Source of the DNA: Zancudomyces culisetae HAW-14-8
Taxonomy: Eukaryota > Fungi > Kickxellomycota
Direction of reading: 5' to 3'
Length of the DNA stretch: 64,000 bases
NCBI GenBank assembly: GCA_052426225.1
Contig: JBNJNM010000022.1
Location: 186,001-250,000, forward strand
The position numbers and the translations under genes are program-made. Numbering within the stretch: position 1 is the first letter of the stretch; every line of letters starts with the position of its first letter. Shown here one piece after another: positions 61,693 to 64,000 of the stretch. A model generated the notes under the pieces. It was not told the origin of the DNA, did no database searches, and saw only the letters and a program-made list of their open reading frames with translations.

Positions 61693-64000
61693 TCAGCACA
61701 GATATACTGTGGAATTGTTAAATTTGACGGAAATCTTTTTGTAGCCAAAATCTAGAAAAATACATGATAAAAGGGGGAGAATATCTGGTTGATCTAATTC
61801 CAAACAGGATATTGCAACATTACAGAGAAAGGGCAGCGGGTCCCCAGTAAACCTGATTGACTTCAAAAAGTCTAGCATGTCCAATACTTTTTCAGAAAAC
61901 TCTGCAGCCATATATCCGTGATACTCTTCAGTTGAGCTACCTTCTTTAGATTCGATCGTGTTTTTAATGTAGTTGTTCTTCATCCTGATCCTCTCAGCAC
62001 CCTTCCTTCCATGGTAATGGATGTTATTACTAGCAAGTAAAAGCCGAAAGTACGAATAGAAAATTGAAATCTCGAGCAGGTTTTTATTCCGGTGCGGAAA
62101 ATGTGACTCTAAGTATAGAATGTCTGTTTTTAATGAGTTCCACACCATAAACCCAACCTCAAAAAATTTCATTTTGGAAGCAGTGTCAATAATAGTTGAA
62201 ACTGTGTAATAATCTGGAACATAGTGACTCGACACATTAGTGTCAAGCAAATGGGGCCGAAAAAAACTAAACCATAGCTCTTTGATCTCCTCTGGTGTAA
62301 CTAAACCTAGGTTTTTCCTGGATTGAAGATAACTATTGATCAAAGATGTACTGACGCGGACTCGATTTTCATGACAAAACTCTAAAAAGTTTTGAACTGT
62401 TGACTGGTGTGCTGAATCGTATATAAAGCTCAATATAGAGCTGGTATGTCGCTCCGCTTTAAACCTATAAATGTGGGGTAGTATAACAGACAGAATTTGG
62501 TTTCCATATATGTTGACACTGTTTGCAATACACTGCTCAAACACATGTATCACCTGCTCATAGACGTCATTATGTGTACAAAACAGGTTTCCGTTCAATA
62601 TCCGGTTTAGGTAGAAAGCTGCATGAACTGGCTGTGTTATTTCTGAAAAAACCACAGAACTATAGGAAAAGTTATTGATCGTTGCGAGTTGTCTACTCTC
62701 ATTCCTTTTAATGTTTTCCGGTGGTGTTATTCCCAGATTCAACAACCTGATTGGTTTGGTCTTTGAAAGAATAAAATTCAGTTTAGGCCTTTCTATTGCG
62801 CCCAATATTTTGAAGTGATTGATTCCTCTTTTTTTGTACATTTCTAAAATATTGATTAGTACTGGTCCACTAATGCTGGGGTAGTTTTTTATAATGTATT
62901 TAAATATGGATATTGAGTTATCTGACTCGTTAAGAACTACCAGTGCATTACTCAGTGCTGCTAATGTATACTTGCATGTTTCACTTTTATCAAGCATAAA
63001 CTCCTTGTATTCGTCCAAACACGTTTTTATCAACACCTTACGCTTTCCTCCTATCGAAGGATTTTCGTTAAACAGACTGTTTTTATCTACAAATTGTTTG
63101 CTGGCCTGGTAAATTCCGTTGTACAATCCTTTTAATTGCAGTGGTGTTGAAATTCCACCAAACCTTTTCTTTGCTTTATAATAATATGACACTGTATTTA
63201 CAATATCGCCCATCTTCCCATAATACGCCATTACCCAATAATAGTCCTTTTCCTTTAACTCGCTCATATTATCCAGTATCTCTTTTATATTTATTTTTTC
63301 TGTCTGCATAGTGAAGTTTCTTTGGGTAAAATGCTGAAACATGGCACCCCCAATCAGATTATGATTTTTGCTGGATCTATCAATTGATTCAATCGCAGCT
63401 TTATATATGATCCCTACTAGTTTATGGTTGTGTATAGAACTTGCTGCCAATAGCAGCGTATAAAAGTGAAATTCGTCGAAATATACATCGTATTTAGCTT
63501 GCAAATTTATAATACATTCCATTATTTTTTTCAAATATGCTTCATCGTCACACTCGTTTGTATATTGCTTTAAAAGTTCTGACACCCATACCGTGTTGTT
63601 CTTTCCCATAACAACACGTGCCTCAAGATGTTTAATAAAATAGTTCAACCTTAGTATTACAATAGTACCCATGTAGATTCTTTCGGCCGCCTCCTCTTCG
63701 CTTAACCTTACACTTTCACCTTTTGTTTCTAAGCAATATATCTCTTTAATCTCACCAAAGATCCGTTTAAATTTCATACCAAAAAAGAGTTCCAATCCAC
63801 TAATCAAATTTTTCTTCATCGCTTTGTTAATAGCCCTTTCTGTCAGCGTCATCTTTTTCAGCTTTACAGCAAACAAATGATTCACTAGTTCAAAAATTGC
63901 CACTCTATTTTTATCCAATATAGAATTGTACAATCGCCCCACTTGTGAATGAACGATCTCATTCTTCTCATTTACATTTATTTTATTTTTGATTGTTCTA
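61693..64000 (-). CDS. Alpha-helical repeat (PPR-like) protein, 5' end beyond window
   Basis: Frame is open to the window edge; PPR-like units DYYWVMAYYGKMGDIVNTVSYYYKAK, STSLINSYLQS, PDYYTVSTIIDTASKMKFFEVGFMVWNSL. Confidence 0.6.
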   Translation of the reverse strand, partial: RTIKNKINVNEKNEIVHSQVGRLYNSILDKNRVAIFELVNHLFAVKLKKMTLTERAINKAMKKNLISGLELFFGMKFKRIFGEIKEIYCLETKGESVRLSEEEAAERIYMGTIVILRLNYFIKHLEARVVMGKNNTVWVSELLKQYTNECDDEAYLKKIMECIINLQAKYDVYFDEFHFYTLLLAASSIHNHKLVGIIYKAAIESIDRSSKNHNLIGGAMFQHFTQRNFTMQTEKINIKEILDNMSELKEKDYYWVMAYYGKMGDIVNTVSYYYKAKKRFGGISTPLQLKGLYNGIYQASKQFVDKNSLFNENPSIGGKRKVLIKTCLDEYKEFMLDKSETCKYTLAALSNALVVLNESDNSISIFKYIIKNYPSISGPVLINILEMYKKRGINHFKILGAIERPKLNFILSKTKPIRLLNLGITPPENIKRNESRQLATINNFSYSSVVFSEITQPVHAAFYLNRILNGNLFCTHNDVYEQVIHVFEQCIANSVNIYGNQILSVILPHIYRFKAERHTSSILSFIYDSAHQSTVQNFLEFCHENRVRVSTSLINSYLQSRKNLGLVTPEEIKELWFSFFRPHLLDTNVSSHYVPDYYTVSTIIDTASKMKFFEVGFMVWNSLKTDILYLESHFPHRNKNLLEISIFYSYFRLLLASNNIHYHGRKGAERIRMKNNYIKNTIESKEGSSTEEYHGYMAAEFSEKVLDMLDFLKSIRFTGDPLPFLCNVAISCLELDQPDILPLLSCIFLDFGYKKISVKFNNSTVYLC

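Overview
AT-rich eukaryotic (fungal) genomic window. Short GT-AG introns and the gene content suggest an early-diverging fungus, possibly Zoopagomycota such as a Harpellales insect-gut fungus; this is inference, not demonstrated. Conserved genes: GCN5 (partial), a WrbA/Pst2-type quinone reductase, NOP1, FRS2, TSR1, KRR1, COG2, PRP8, a peroxisomal D-amino-acid oxidase, a PDRG1-like prefoldin, two trypsin-family genes (one lacking the whole catalytic triad), a Treslin/Sld3-like protein and a PPR-like protein. Main finding: the intronless 3024-aa PRP8 ORF carries two in-frame class-1 inteins, 356 aa at QVRM/CKDL (40946-42013) and 276 aa at MNSS/CADI (45068-45895). Neither is at the usual fungal Prp8-a site, which is empty and altered (WEQS/SGF). 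Their C-terminal motifs are nearly identical; one keeps a decayed endonuclease region and the other is a mini-intein filled with microsatellite-encoded low-complexity sequence. Other observations: a ~230-bp direct repeat bracketing a 10.5-kb block without conserved genes, a secreted Tyr/Gly-rich peptide precursor, telomere-like repeats at an intron branch region, an inverted repeat between the protease genes, and a strong strand-skew flip inside PRP8. No tRNA, rRNA or CRISPR array was recognised. All family assignments are by motif recognition, without database searches.
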